Shown here in pieces: positions 13,332 through 31,791 of a stretch of DNA of 64,000 nucleotides (its first letter is position 1; every line of letters starts with the position of its first letter). Under the pieces are notes generated by a model, which did not search any database, had not been told where the DNA came from, and saw only the letters and a list, made by a program, of their open reading frames with translations. The DNA comes from the human T2T-CHM13v2.0 reference genome, Homo sapiens. The translations under genes and the position numbers were made by a program. The DNA lies in assembly GCF_009914755.1 (NCBI RefSeq), contig NC_060947.1, one strand, 5' to 3'.

Positions 13332-14249
13332 TATGTTCTTAAGGAATTCTACTTTGATTCTCTAGGAACTTCAGTTGTTTCTTGTCAGCCCTGCAGCCAC
13401 TGCAGCCAAGTCCCCATGTAGCACCACAGCCCCTATTCCAAGGCCGTCCCCCACCCCAAGCTGCCTGCCCTGTGTGTTCCAGGGCAGTTGGAGGTATTCC
13501 AGCCTGTTAGTTTTCAGAAATGAAATTGTTGTCTTAATTTCATTTTCATATCGTTTATTGCTAGTATACAGAAATATATTTTTGTGTATTAATATTTTGT
13601 CCTGTAACTTTGCTTAATTTCTTTACTAGTTTTAACAATTTCTTGTTGGTTCCTTATGATTTTCTGTGTATGAGATCATGGGATCTGTGAGTAGGTAGTT
13701 TTACTTTTTTCTTTCACATATGAATGACTTTGTATATATATATATTTTTTTTTTTTTTTCTAATTGTTCTGGATGGAACTTCTAGTACAGTGTTGAACAC
13801 AATGATGAAAGTGAGCATCAGTGCTGTGTTCCTGATCTTAAAGCTTTGGGTGCCAACAATTCAGGTGGTGATTGTTATGGGTTTTGCATAAAGGTGTTTT
13901 ATCATGTGAAGAAAATTCGAATCTTCAGCTTATTGGTGGTTTTTATCATTAAATACGTTGATTATCTTTAAGTACTTTCTGTAACAGTTGAGATAAACGT
14001 GTTTTTCCCATCATTTTAATTATATAGTATACGGAAAAGGAATGGCTTTAGTATGTTGAAAAACCTTTGATTTTCTGAAAAAAAAAAAAAAAAAAAAAAA
14101 AGACCTCTTCATTGTGGTGTATAATGTTTTCGCTATGTACCAAATTCCACTTACTATGATTTGGTTAAACATTATTAAGTCTATCATTATGAGTTTTATT
14201 AACATTTAGTTTTTTTGTCCTGGTGATATCATATGTTTGAGTCAGTACT

Positions 14250-15015
14250 CGATTGGGGTTAGAAAAAGGTATGGCTTGGTGTACTATTTAGGGTATTAGT
14301 GGTTAGCAGTTAGAGGGTTAGAGGTTATACCAAAAAAAAAAAAAAAACCCAGAATTTTTGAAGGATTATGGGCTAAGGTTAAGTGTAGGATAGACGTTGG
14401 GGATTAGGGTTAAGGAGTTAGAATGTCAGAGCAAAGATTAGGCTTAGGGTGAGGGTTAGAATTAGAGATTATGGTTAGGGTTAGGGTTAGGGTTAAAGTT
14501 AGGGGTCAGGGTTGTGAAAGGAAAATATCTTGGGCCCCAAAATTACTAAGCTAAGGGATAAGTCAAGCTCGGAACTGCTCAGGACAAACCTGCCTCCCAT
14601 TCTTTTCAAAGTCATCCCTCTGCTAACTGAGGTAGATGAATATTCTGATTGTCTCCTTTGGAAAGGCTTATCAGAAACTCAACAGAATGCAACCATTTTT
14701 CTCTCACCTACCTGTGACCTAGAAGCCCCTCCCTGCTTCAAGTTGTCCCTGCCTTTCCAGACGGAACCACTGTACTTCCTACATATATTGAATGATGTCT
14801 CTTGTCTCCCTAAAATGTATAAAACCAAGCTGTGCCCTGACCACCTTCAGCACATGTCATCAGGACTTTCTGAGGCTGTGTCAGGGGCCTGCATCCTCTA
14901 CCTTGGCAAAATAAAATTTCTAAATTAACTGAGACCTGTCTCAGATTTTCTGGGTTTACAGGGTTTAGGGTTGGGATTTGGTTAGGTATTAGAGTTAGGG
15001 TTAGGGTTAGGGTTA
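14250..15015 (+). repeat. Degenerate interstitial telomeric repeat tract, split by a MER4A LTR
   Basis: Runs of TTAGGG and decayed variants (ggttagggttagggttagggtta at ~14473-14495 and ~14994-15015). Confidence 0.8.
14513..14960 (+). mobile_element. MER4A-type solo LTR
   Basis: TGTGAAAGGAAAATATCTTGGGCCCC...AATAAA...TTTACA, with 4-bp TSD GGGT (14509-14512 / 14961-14964). Confidence 0.8.
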
Positions 15016-16968
15016 TAAGAACCCCTAAGGGCTTCATATAAAGGTTTTACAATTAATCTGAAAGAAAGAATCCATATTCTGCAAAACTTGGCCCTACCCA
15101 AAAAGGACTCAAGCTGTTATTTATTTACTGGAGTTGTCATGTGTAAAATAAGATCTTTACAAGTGCTAGAGAGGCTCTCTGTACCAGGGGTTAAAATACC
15201 CCCAAATTGAACCCTTTATGTGCATATTTGTTCCTTAGAAGGAGATACTTCATATCCACAATCAGCAATTTTATTCAGTACTCGTACTGTATTTTGCTCT
15301 AAAACAGCCTTGTTAGGACTACAGATTAGCAGGTCACCCACATACTGGAGTAGATTGCTATCTGGGAGAAGCTGCAGGGTGGACAGGTCTTTAGCTAAGT
15401 CCTGTCCAAAACAGTGGAGGCTATCTCTGAATTCCTAGGACAGAATAGTGCAAGTTAACTATTAAGTTATTTGAGTATCTAGGTCTTGCTATTCAAAAGC
15501 AAACAAAAATTGGCTATCTTGTGTACGGAATGCAGAAAAAGGCATCCTTAAGATCAAGTACAGTAAACCAAGCTGCAGTGGAGGAAATTTGTCCAAAAGA
15601 GACTAAGGGTTTGTGACAATAGGATGAATAGGAATAACAGCTTCATTAATAATTCTAAGGTCCTGTACTAGCTGGTAGGAGCCATCTGGTTTTTTTGCAG
15701 CAAAAATGGGAGTGCTGCAATGCAAGTTGCAAGGGCACAATAATCCATGGGTTAAACATTTTGTTATTAGGGGCTTTAACACTTTTTGGGCTTCTGGTTT
15801 CAAGGGGTATTGGCGGTTCTTGGGAACTTACTGGGATTTTTAAGCTGAATGATGATGGGAGCAGCTGATATTGAATGGCCAGAAATAGAAGTATTCCAGA
15901 CCTCAAACGGCACTTGTTTTAGAATGTGAGGTTCTATAGACTGTAGCAGCTCTTTTAGTGAAGTGTGAGTTCATACAGTTAGAAAGTGGGGCCTTAGCTA
16001 TAAATTGTCTTGTAATTTTGTGAGTAAGTCATGACCTAATAATGGAACAGGAGAGCTTGGCATGACTAAAAAGGAGTGGCTAAAGACATAACCTTCCCTT
16101 TTACAAGAGACTGGTGGTGTGAAACAGCCTCGTTGGGGTTTTCCATCAATACCTGATATAGTTTAGTCTCTGTGTCCCCACCCAAATCTCATGTCCAATT
16201 GTAATCCCCACATGTCAGGGGAGGGACCTAGTGAGGTGATTGGATCATGGGGGTGGATTTCCCCCATGTTTTTCTCATGATAATAAGTTCTCATGAGATC
16301 TGATGGCTTAAAAGTGTGGCACTTCCCTGTTCACTCTGTCTCTCTCCTGCCACCATGTAAGATGCCTTCTGCCATAATTGTAAGTTTCCTGAGATTTCCC
16401 CAGCCATGCACAACTGTGAGCCAATTAAGCCTCTTTTCTTTATAAATTACCCAGCCTCAGGTAGTTCCTTATAGCAGCATGAAAATGAACTAATACAGAA
16501 ATTTGGTACCAGGAAAGTGGGGCACTGCTATAAAGATACCAGAAAATGTGGAAGTGACTTTGGGACTGGGTAACAGGCAGAGGTTGGAACAGTTTAGAGG
16601 GCTGAGAAGAGTACAGTAAGATGTGGGAATGTTTGGAACTTTAGAGACTTGTTGAATGGTTTTGACCAAAATGCTGATAGTGATATGGACAGTGAAGTTC
16701 AGGCTGACGTGGTCTCAGATGGAGATGACAAACTTATTGAGAACTGGAGCAAAGGTCATTCTTGCTATGCTTTAGCAAGAAGACTGGCAGCATTATGCCC
16801 CTGCTCTAAGGGATCCATGGAGCTTTCAACTTGAGAGACATGATTTAGGGTATCTGGTGGAAGAAATTTCTAAGCAGCAAAGCATTCAAGATGTTGCCTG
16901 GCTGCTACCAATGGCATACAGTCATATGCATTCACAAAGAGATGGTCTGAAATGGGAACTTATGTTTA

Positions 16969-17471
<503 letters not shown>

Positions 17472-19042
17472 TCACAGGCCCAGAGGCCGAGGAAGAAAAA
17501 ATGGTTCCATGGGTTGGGCCTAGGGCCCTGCTGGTCTGTGCAGCTTTGAGGCATGGTACCCTGCATCCCAGCTGCTCCAGCTTCAGCTGTGGCTAAAACG
17601 GACCAAGGTACAGCTTAGGCCATTGCTTCAGAGGTGAAAGCCCCAAGTCTTGGTGGCTTCCACATGGTATTGGGCATGCAGGTATGCAGAAGGCAAGAGT
17701 TAAGGCTTGGAAGCCTCCACCTAGATTTCAGAGGATATATGGAAACACCTGGACGTCCAGGCATAAATCTGCTGCAGGGGCAGATGTTGGGGTGATCAGA
17801 CCCAACACCAGGTCATGGGGGTGACGAAGTCTGGTGGAGTCAAAGGAATGAGAAAAGACAGTTAGAGAGAGAAACTGGGTCCAGGGGGCCAATGTGAGTA
17901 TGGAGGCTGTGAAGGCCCTGAGCTCTGGAAGCCCAGACTATTTATTGGTGATCAAAGAAACAGGTGGTGAGAATGTGGGGTTGAAAGGGCGCATTGCATT
18001 AAGCACAAGATTTACAGCTGTAATGGTTTAGAATATGCTCTGCTACTTGAGATAATGGAGAGCAGGTTCTTTTAACTCAAGATACAATCAATCCTGGGAG
18101 AGCAAGGAGCAAGGAGCCAGCAAGTCTAGACACATTTCAGAGACCATGAGGGGTTTTATGCTCTGAGCCCTGGATTCTATCCAAGCCATGAGGGGTTTTG
18201 TGCTCTGAGCCCTGGATTCTATCCAAGCCATGAGGGGTTTTATGCCCTGGGCTTAGATTATGGTGCATCAGGGTAGCCTTCCACCTTTTAGCACAGAGCT
18301 TGGTGTTCCAAAGGCCATGAGGGGTTTTAGACCCTGGACCTTGGACATGTTCCAAGACTCTTTTACATCATTTCAGACTTGCAAGCCCTGCCTCTGTTTC
18401 TCCCAACACTCAGCTTCTCCCAACATGCCCCCCTTTTCTTTTTTGTAAAACCGCCACAGCTCTCATTGCTTGTTCTTGGTGGCAGCTTTCTCTTCAGAGG
18501 TGGCTTCCTCTTCAGAGGCAGCTTCCACATCTGCAGACTAAAAGGAGACAGCACAAGCACACAACCACCAGAACAAAATCCACAAATGTAGAGCCTCCAA
18601 TGGCCTTCAACTGTAAATCTTTTGGAATGGGATAAGAGTTTTTAAGGATCTCAGTTACAATATAAATAGAGGGTGATGTCTCCCATGGTCTATTTAGTGA
18701 CACAGGGAACCAAACTCCTTCCCTGGCTTTAATTATCAAGATAATTTGATTTTTATCAAAGGTTGAATTAATGCAGGTAAACAAGCAACATTCAGAGCAT
18801 GTAATAAAACGTGTATTTATATCAAGAGTAACATTTCCTATTGCTAGCACAACCTTGAATCCAAAAGGTCCTGTCGGAGAGAAAAGAAAGAGCATTTTTA
18901 TCCTTCCTTGCCTCCTCCTCTCTATTCCTTTTATATTTGCCCTCTCAGATTTTGATTGGACTTTGAGCCATAGCTAATTTCCATAATTCAGAATGTTCCT
19001 GTCTGTCCCTGCAAATCTCTGCTAGTCTTCACTACTCTCTAC

Positions 19043-19365
19043 TTTTGTACCTCTTTAAGGCACTGACCAGTACCTCTTTAGGGCACTGACCTTATATTGC
19101 TAGTCTTTGCTTTTGTACCTCTTTAGGGCACAGACCAGTACCTCTTTAGGGCACTGACCTTATATTACTAGTCTTTACTTTTGTACCTCTTTAGGGCACT
19201 GATCAGTACCTCTTTAGGGCACTGACCTTATATTGCTAGCCTTCATCTATCTCTATCTGTCCCTGTCTGTCCCTATGGTACCTGTTAGTTCCTGCAAGTT
19301 CCTGTCTTTCCCTACTTAGCTGTACTTACTTAGCTCTACTTACTTAGCTCTACTTACTTAGCTCT
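19043..19365. repeat. Tandem repeats inside the HERV-K14 element: ~68-bp unit x3 and 14-bp unit x~3
   Basis: ttttgtacctcttta... recurs at 19043, 19111 and 19179; tacttacttagctc repeats at ~19311-19365. Confidence 0.85.
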
Positions 19366-19386
19366 ATCTCTTCCTGGAAACCTTTT

Positions 19387-20301
19387 TTATGACCCTGGAT
19401 AGAGCTCAGAAATCCACCCTTTAAGCTTCAGCAAGAGATAAAACAGGGACTCTGGACCCGGCACCAGATTGAAAGGAACAGGAAGTGCTCTCCCCTCCCC
19501 AAAGCAGGAAAACCAGAGTTTGGCCTTTGCAAATTTCCACTCCACATCAGCGTCATCCTCAATTTCCTGGAGTGAACTGTTGATCATTGCAATTAACATA
19601 TTTAGCAAAACAATGACCATTGTAACATCATAGACTCCATAAAGAACATAACCAATGTTTTCAATGAATTTGTGGCTATAGTTGATGACCACTGATTTCA
19701 CTGCAGAAAGCACAAATGTAGCCCAGAACAGTGTCTTAAAACTCTCTTCAACTGTTGTGAAGGCTTCATTTTGTTTTACATCAATGTAGTAGGAGTAGAG
19801 GTTGAACATTCCAATCATAAAGGCCACAAACACCATAATGAATATGAGCATGAACCTGAAGATGTCTTTGACTGCTCCTCCAAGCGACGTCTGCAGAGGT
19901 CCAAAGCTTTCATTTGCTGGCAAAATACAAGCTATCCCAGAGAAACTCAAAACCACAGCAACTGCACAAAGACCTTCAGACACCATACGAGGATCCGAGG
20001 GGTCCCACTCCCTCCTGGCCAAACTGTAGTATTTCACATTATCTCCCAATGTTACTTTTGTCAAGTCCTTCAAAGTATCACTTGCATCAGTGATGCTCTG
20101 GGCTTTGGAAGCATGCCAGAATGCCCTGAATCTTGCAATGAATGATGCTGATAAAATTGCTAACATACCAAAATCAAGCATGTTCCACAACTCAAACAAA
20201 TATTCCTTGGGGCCTTGAGTCCAAATTTCTTTACATTCAGCCCATATCATGCCTCTGCGCTCATTAAATCTGTTTTTCTCTAGCAGAGGAAGGTTAACCA
20301 T
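19387..20301 (-). pseudogene. TRPC6P: TRPC6 retro-transduced pseudogene segment; open 304-aa ORF (16 viral-derived aa + TRPC6 S2-S6, pore, TRP box)
   Basis: [31 protein letters not shown]...ESFKTLFW...[12 protein letters not shown]...[11 protein letters not shown] matches TRPC6. Intronless and located inside retroviral LTRs. Confidence 0.92.
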
Positions 20302-23300
20302 GAAACTGAAGCTTCAAGATGACTTTACTTGCCCAGGCTCCTTCTAAGTCCTCACTTTGTCTTCTGTTTCTCTAAATGGGGCCCTCTGAATAAACAAGCC
20401 TCAGATTCCCCTGGTCTTACCCCATGCCTCACCCTCTTCGTAATAAGTGCCTTAAGAAATTCAAGTAAGCAGAATGTTTGCTTTCACTTTGTCCCATCAT
20501 TGTTAACCTGGTTCTTCCGAGTGCTAAGCTTTCCCACCGAGCTTCTTTCAGTTATCCTCGGGTGTCCTTTGACAATGCATCCTCCGCTTTCACACGCTCT
20601 AGTGTTCCTTCACCGGGATCTTTGTTGCCTCACGTTGGGCAGCCAGGAATGTTGGGGTGATCGGACCCAACACCAGGTCATGGGAGCGATGAAGTCTGGT
20701 GGAGTCAAAGGAATGAGAAAAGACAGTTTGAGAAAGAAAGTGAGTTCAGGGGGCCATCGCTAAGTATGGAGGCTGTGAAGGCCCCGAGCTCTGGAAGCCC
20801 AGACTATTTATTGGTGATCAAAGAAACAGGTGGTGAGAATGTGGGGTTGAAAGGGCGCATTGCATTAAGCACAAGATTTACAGCTGTGATGGTTTAGCAT
20901 ATGCTCTGCTACTTGAGATAATGGAGAGCAGGTTCTTTTAACTCAAGATACAATCAATCCTGGGAGAGCAAGGAGCAAGGAGCCAGCAAGTCTAGGCACA
21001 TTCCAGAGGCCCCTGGGGGGTTTTGTGCCCTGAGCCCTGGATTCTATCCAAGCCACGAGGGGTTTTATGCCCTGGGCTTAGATTATGGTGCATCAGGGTA
21101 GCCTTCTACCCTTTACCACAGAGCTTGGTGTTCCAAAGGCCACGAGGGGTTTTAGACCTTGGACCCTGGAAATGTTCCAAGACTCTGTTACATTATGTCA
21201 GACATGCAAGCCCTGCCTCAGCTTCTCTCCCAACCCTCAGCTTCTCCCAACAGGCAGAGCCCTCATGGAGAACCTCTACTAGAGCAGTGTGAGAACCTCT
21301 ACTAGAGCAGTGCAGAGGGGAAATGTGGGATTGGAATCCCCACACAGAGTCCCCAGTGGTGCACTGCCTGGTGGAGCTGTGAAAAGAGGGCCACCATTAT
21401 CCAGACCTCAGAATGGTAGATCTACTGATGGCTTGCACCATGCACCTGGAAAAGCTGCAAGCAGTCAACACCAGCCCATGAAAGCAGCTGTGGGGGCTGT
21501 ACCTTGCAGAACCTCAGAGGCAGAGCTGCCCAAGGCCTTGGGAGCCCATCCCTTGCATCAGTGTGGCCTGGATGTGAGACATGGAGTCACAAGAGATCAT
21601 TGTGAAGCTTTAAGATTTAATCATTGCCCTGCTGGGTTTCAGACTTACATGGGGCCTGTAGCCCCGTTGTTTTGGCCAATTTCTCCCATTTGGAATGGGA
21701 ACATATACCCAATGCCTGTACTCCCATTGTATCTTGAAGTAACAAACTTGTTTTTTATTTTAGAGGCTCATAGGTAAAAGGGACTTACTTTGTCTCAGAT
21801 GAGACTTTGTACTGTGGATTTTTGAGTTAATGCTGAAATGAATTAAGACTTTAGGGGACTATTGGGAAGGCATGATTAGATTTGAAATGTGAGAAGGACA
21901 TGAAATTTGGAAGAGGCCAGGGAAGAATGATATTATTTGCCTCTGTCCCCACCCAAATCTCATGTCAAATTGTAATCCCCATGTGTCAGGGAGGGATCTG
22001 GTGGGAGGTGATTGGATCATGGGGGCAGATTTCCTCCATGTTGTTCTTGTGATAGTGAGTTCTCCTGAGATCTAATAGTTTAAAAGTGTGGCACTTCCTG
22101 ATTTGCTCTTTCTCCTGCCACCATGTAAGATGTGCCTGGTTTCCCCTTCACCTTCCATCATGATTGTAAGTTTCCTGAGGCCTCCCCAGCCGTGTGGAAC
22201 TGTGCATCAATTAAACCTCTTTTCTTTATAAATTACCCAGCCTCAGGTAGTTCTTTATAGCAGTGTGAAAATGGACTAATGCAATACCCGTGAGGAAAAT
22301 GAAGGACTAGCACATTGGGCCTTAATAAACATTTAAAGCTGAATAACTGGCCCCCATATCTATAATGAACGTTACCTCTGGTTCAGTCTCAATCAGATTT
22401 GCCTGAGGCTCATCCATACAGATGGAAAAGATAGGAGCCTGGAAGGCCTCAATGTCCCATCAATCATCTAGAGGATGACTTTCAGAGGCTTGATCATAAT
22501 CCAGGAATAGAGTTAGAGGTGCTTGTCCTTGCCCTTGCCCTCATCCTTGTCCTGCATGACACCCCTGTCAGATAGGTTGGTGAGGTTGTGGCTGTAACAG
22601 CCTAGAAGGAAGAGGTGGCCCTCTCCTGAGAGAGAGAGGGACACTTACTCTTCTAATGATCCTCTTGTTTGCAATGAGGACAGGGTCCTGGGGGTAGCTT
22701 GTAATTTGGAGGTTTGGGATATTCTCTACTCTAGTGTCCTGGATTCCTGCAGCGATGATAGGCCCCCATTCTGTTAGTATTATAGGGATGAGTCTTGGGT
22801 TTATTAGCTAACGAAAAATAATGTATCAATGCCATTGCCATGTAATTCGCTTGGCAATGGCATTTTTCCTCCTCCAATTGAGCCTTTTTTTATTTTTGAG
22901 GTTGCCTCCCAGTCATTGAAAACCTTAAAGGCTGTATTTAGTAAAGTAGGGAAGGGAATGTGAGTGCCTTGCTCTAATTTTTGGAGTTTTTGTCTGATGT
23001 CTGGGGAAGCCTGACGTATAAGCTGTACAGCCAGAATGGATTGGCCCTTAGGGCTTTCAGGGTGTGAATTTGTATATTTATGCATTGCCTCCACCAGTCC
23101 AGCTTGGAAAAGGGTGGAGTTCTCAGATGGTTCCTGAGTGATTTCTTGTAACTTAGAAAAATTAACAGGTTTTATCACAGCCTTTTTCATTCCTTCCATC
23201 AAGCACGTTATTATATAATCTCATCGGCAGATGAGATAACGTTTGTTATTGCCAATTGGGTTCTCTGTTGAGGACAGCTTCTGCCTCAACCCTTTTATCA

Positions 23301-24199
23301 TTAGGATTATGAGCATGAACTTTATTTGTCTACGCTTGAGCTAAAGACCATATGTGTGATTTTTCTTTGTGGGAATGGCACGAATATGTCTTGTCAGGTT
23401 AAATCAAAGGAGTTCTTGAGTGAACTTAGAGGGATCCTGGCAAAATGAATCCAATGTGGGTTGAATTTGTGAAAGATCAGACATTGGAAAAGGGACATGA
23501 ACTCAAATTGTTCCCAAATCTCTATTTGCCATCTTGTGGACAGGCAAAACATTTTTGGGATTTTTGGAGGAATCTTAGAGTTGCATATGTGACTCCCGAG
23601 TGAGTATGTGAGGGGGATAAAGTATCTGGTTATGGGAAGGGTTGATTAGGGGATGGAGCAGATGGAGAGGTTGTAGGTGAAGCAGGAGCAGGCTGAGGAG
23701 AGTGTGGTATGCAAAAGGAAGGATCGTCTAAGACATCAGAATCAGGGGGAGAGGAAGTTCCTTGGAAGCATGTATGATAATTTTTATTTGGGGATTTGGG
23801 GATAAAGCCAAAAAGACCTCAACATGTGGGACCTCTGAATGCAAAAAAAAAGTATACACTTCTTTTTGGGAGTTTGTGGGTTAAAATGGGGTCACTTTTT
23901 AAGACTGCAACCCAAGGGCGAGTAGGAATGACTTGCCCTTGCCTGGATGACCAGGCCAGGTGTGCCCTTGTTTGAGTGGTCAACTCAAACCTAATGGGAA
24001 GGAGAACTCACCCGTAACTTGGGATATGGTGCCTCTGATGTTGAATCCAAAATTGTGTCCACAACCAGTGGAATGTGAAGAGTTGAGATTATTGTTTCCA
24101 AGGCATGGGTTACAGAGTGTTCAGTGAAAGTGGACTTGCCACCACAAATGGCTAATTATTATTTTTTCATTTTTTTATTTTGTAGAGATGGAGTTTTAG

Positions 24200-31149
<6,950 letters not shown>

Positions 31150-31596
31150 CTAACTACTCACAGTGGCTACTTCTTGGGGGAGGTGAAAGGGGACCCTGTT
31201 AAAGAATTTTTCTTCTGTATTGTTTTTCTTCAACTGAGTCTGCATTAATTTTATATTTAATACTCTCCCCACCCCTGATGCTCACAGGTTGCTTTAGCTG
31301 GTGGAAGGAGAACCTGCACCTCTGGTTTTGGCAAAGTGTAGAAGGGGACAAGGGCACTGCTCTGCACCTGCACAGGTTCTTGCCTCCTGGGGTCAGTTTA
31401 ATGAATCTCAGTGGTGTTTCTTGGGAAGAACACAGTGGACACTCACTTGCCAGTCAGTAGACAAATCACTGAAGTCCATGTCTGGCAGTTCTCAATGTCA
31501 TGGGGACTGTAAGGTTGTCATGTCTCACAGTTCCCTGACTTAGAAGATTAGTGGTGACAGACACTTCTCAGCTCTGCTCGGGAGAGCAGCTCTGTA

Positions 31597-31764
31597 ATGC
31601 GCTTGTGGTTTCAGATGTGGGCGGCCTGTGTGAACCTGTCGTGCAAAGCTCACGTCACCAACTGCTGCAGTTATCTCCTGAATCAGGCTGAGGGTCTTTG
31701 CTGTGCACCCAGAGATAGTTGGGTGACAAATCACCTCCAGGTTGGGGATGCCTCAGACTTGTGA
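31597..31764 (+). promoter_or_regulatory. Candidate 55-aa upstream ORF in the IL9R 5' leader; its TGA overlaps the IL9R ATG (TGATG)
   Basis: Manual translation MRLWFQMWAAC...GDASDL* has no internal stop. It is only relevant if transcription starts upstream of 31597. Confidence 0.5.
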
Positions 31765-31791
31765 TGGGACTGGGCAGATGCATCTGGGAAG
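31764..31791 (+). CDS. IL9R: Interleukin-9 receptor, coding exon 1 (MGLGRCIWE)
   Basis: ATG at 31764 and donor GTGAGT at 31792. Nine exons total 1566 nt = 521 aa + stop. Confidence 0.93.

Larger units (their letters stand above)
17785..21252 (-). mobile_element. HERV-K14-type (LTR14-family) betaretroviral element carrying a captured TRPC6 cDNA segment
   Basis: LTRs at 17785-18425 and 20650-21252, 6-bp TSD GGCAGA, Lys-tRNA-like PBS (TGGCTGCCCAACGTGAGGC, 20627-20645), PPT at ~18426-18445, and HERV-K env remnant (AREGVWFPVSLNRPWETSPS, ORF 18512-18895). Confidence 0.85.

Noticed and set aside
21289-21777. 162-aa ORF
   Set aside because: Lies in THE1/MST internal sequence, where such frames are common. 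No independent gene evidence.
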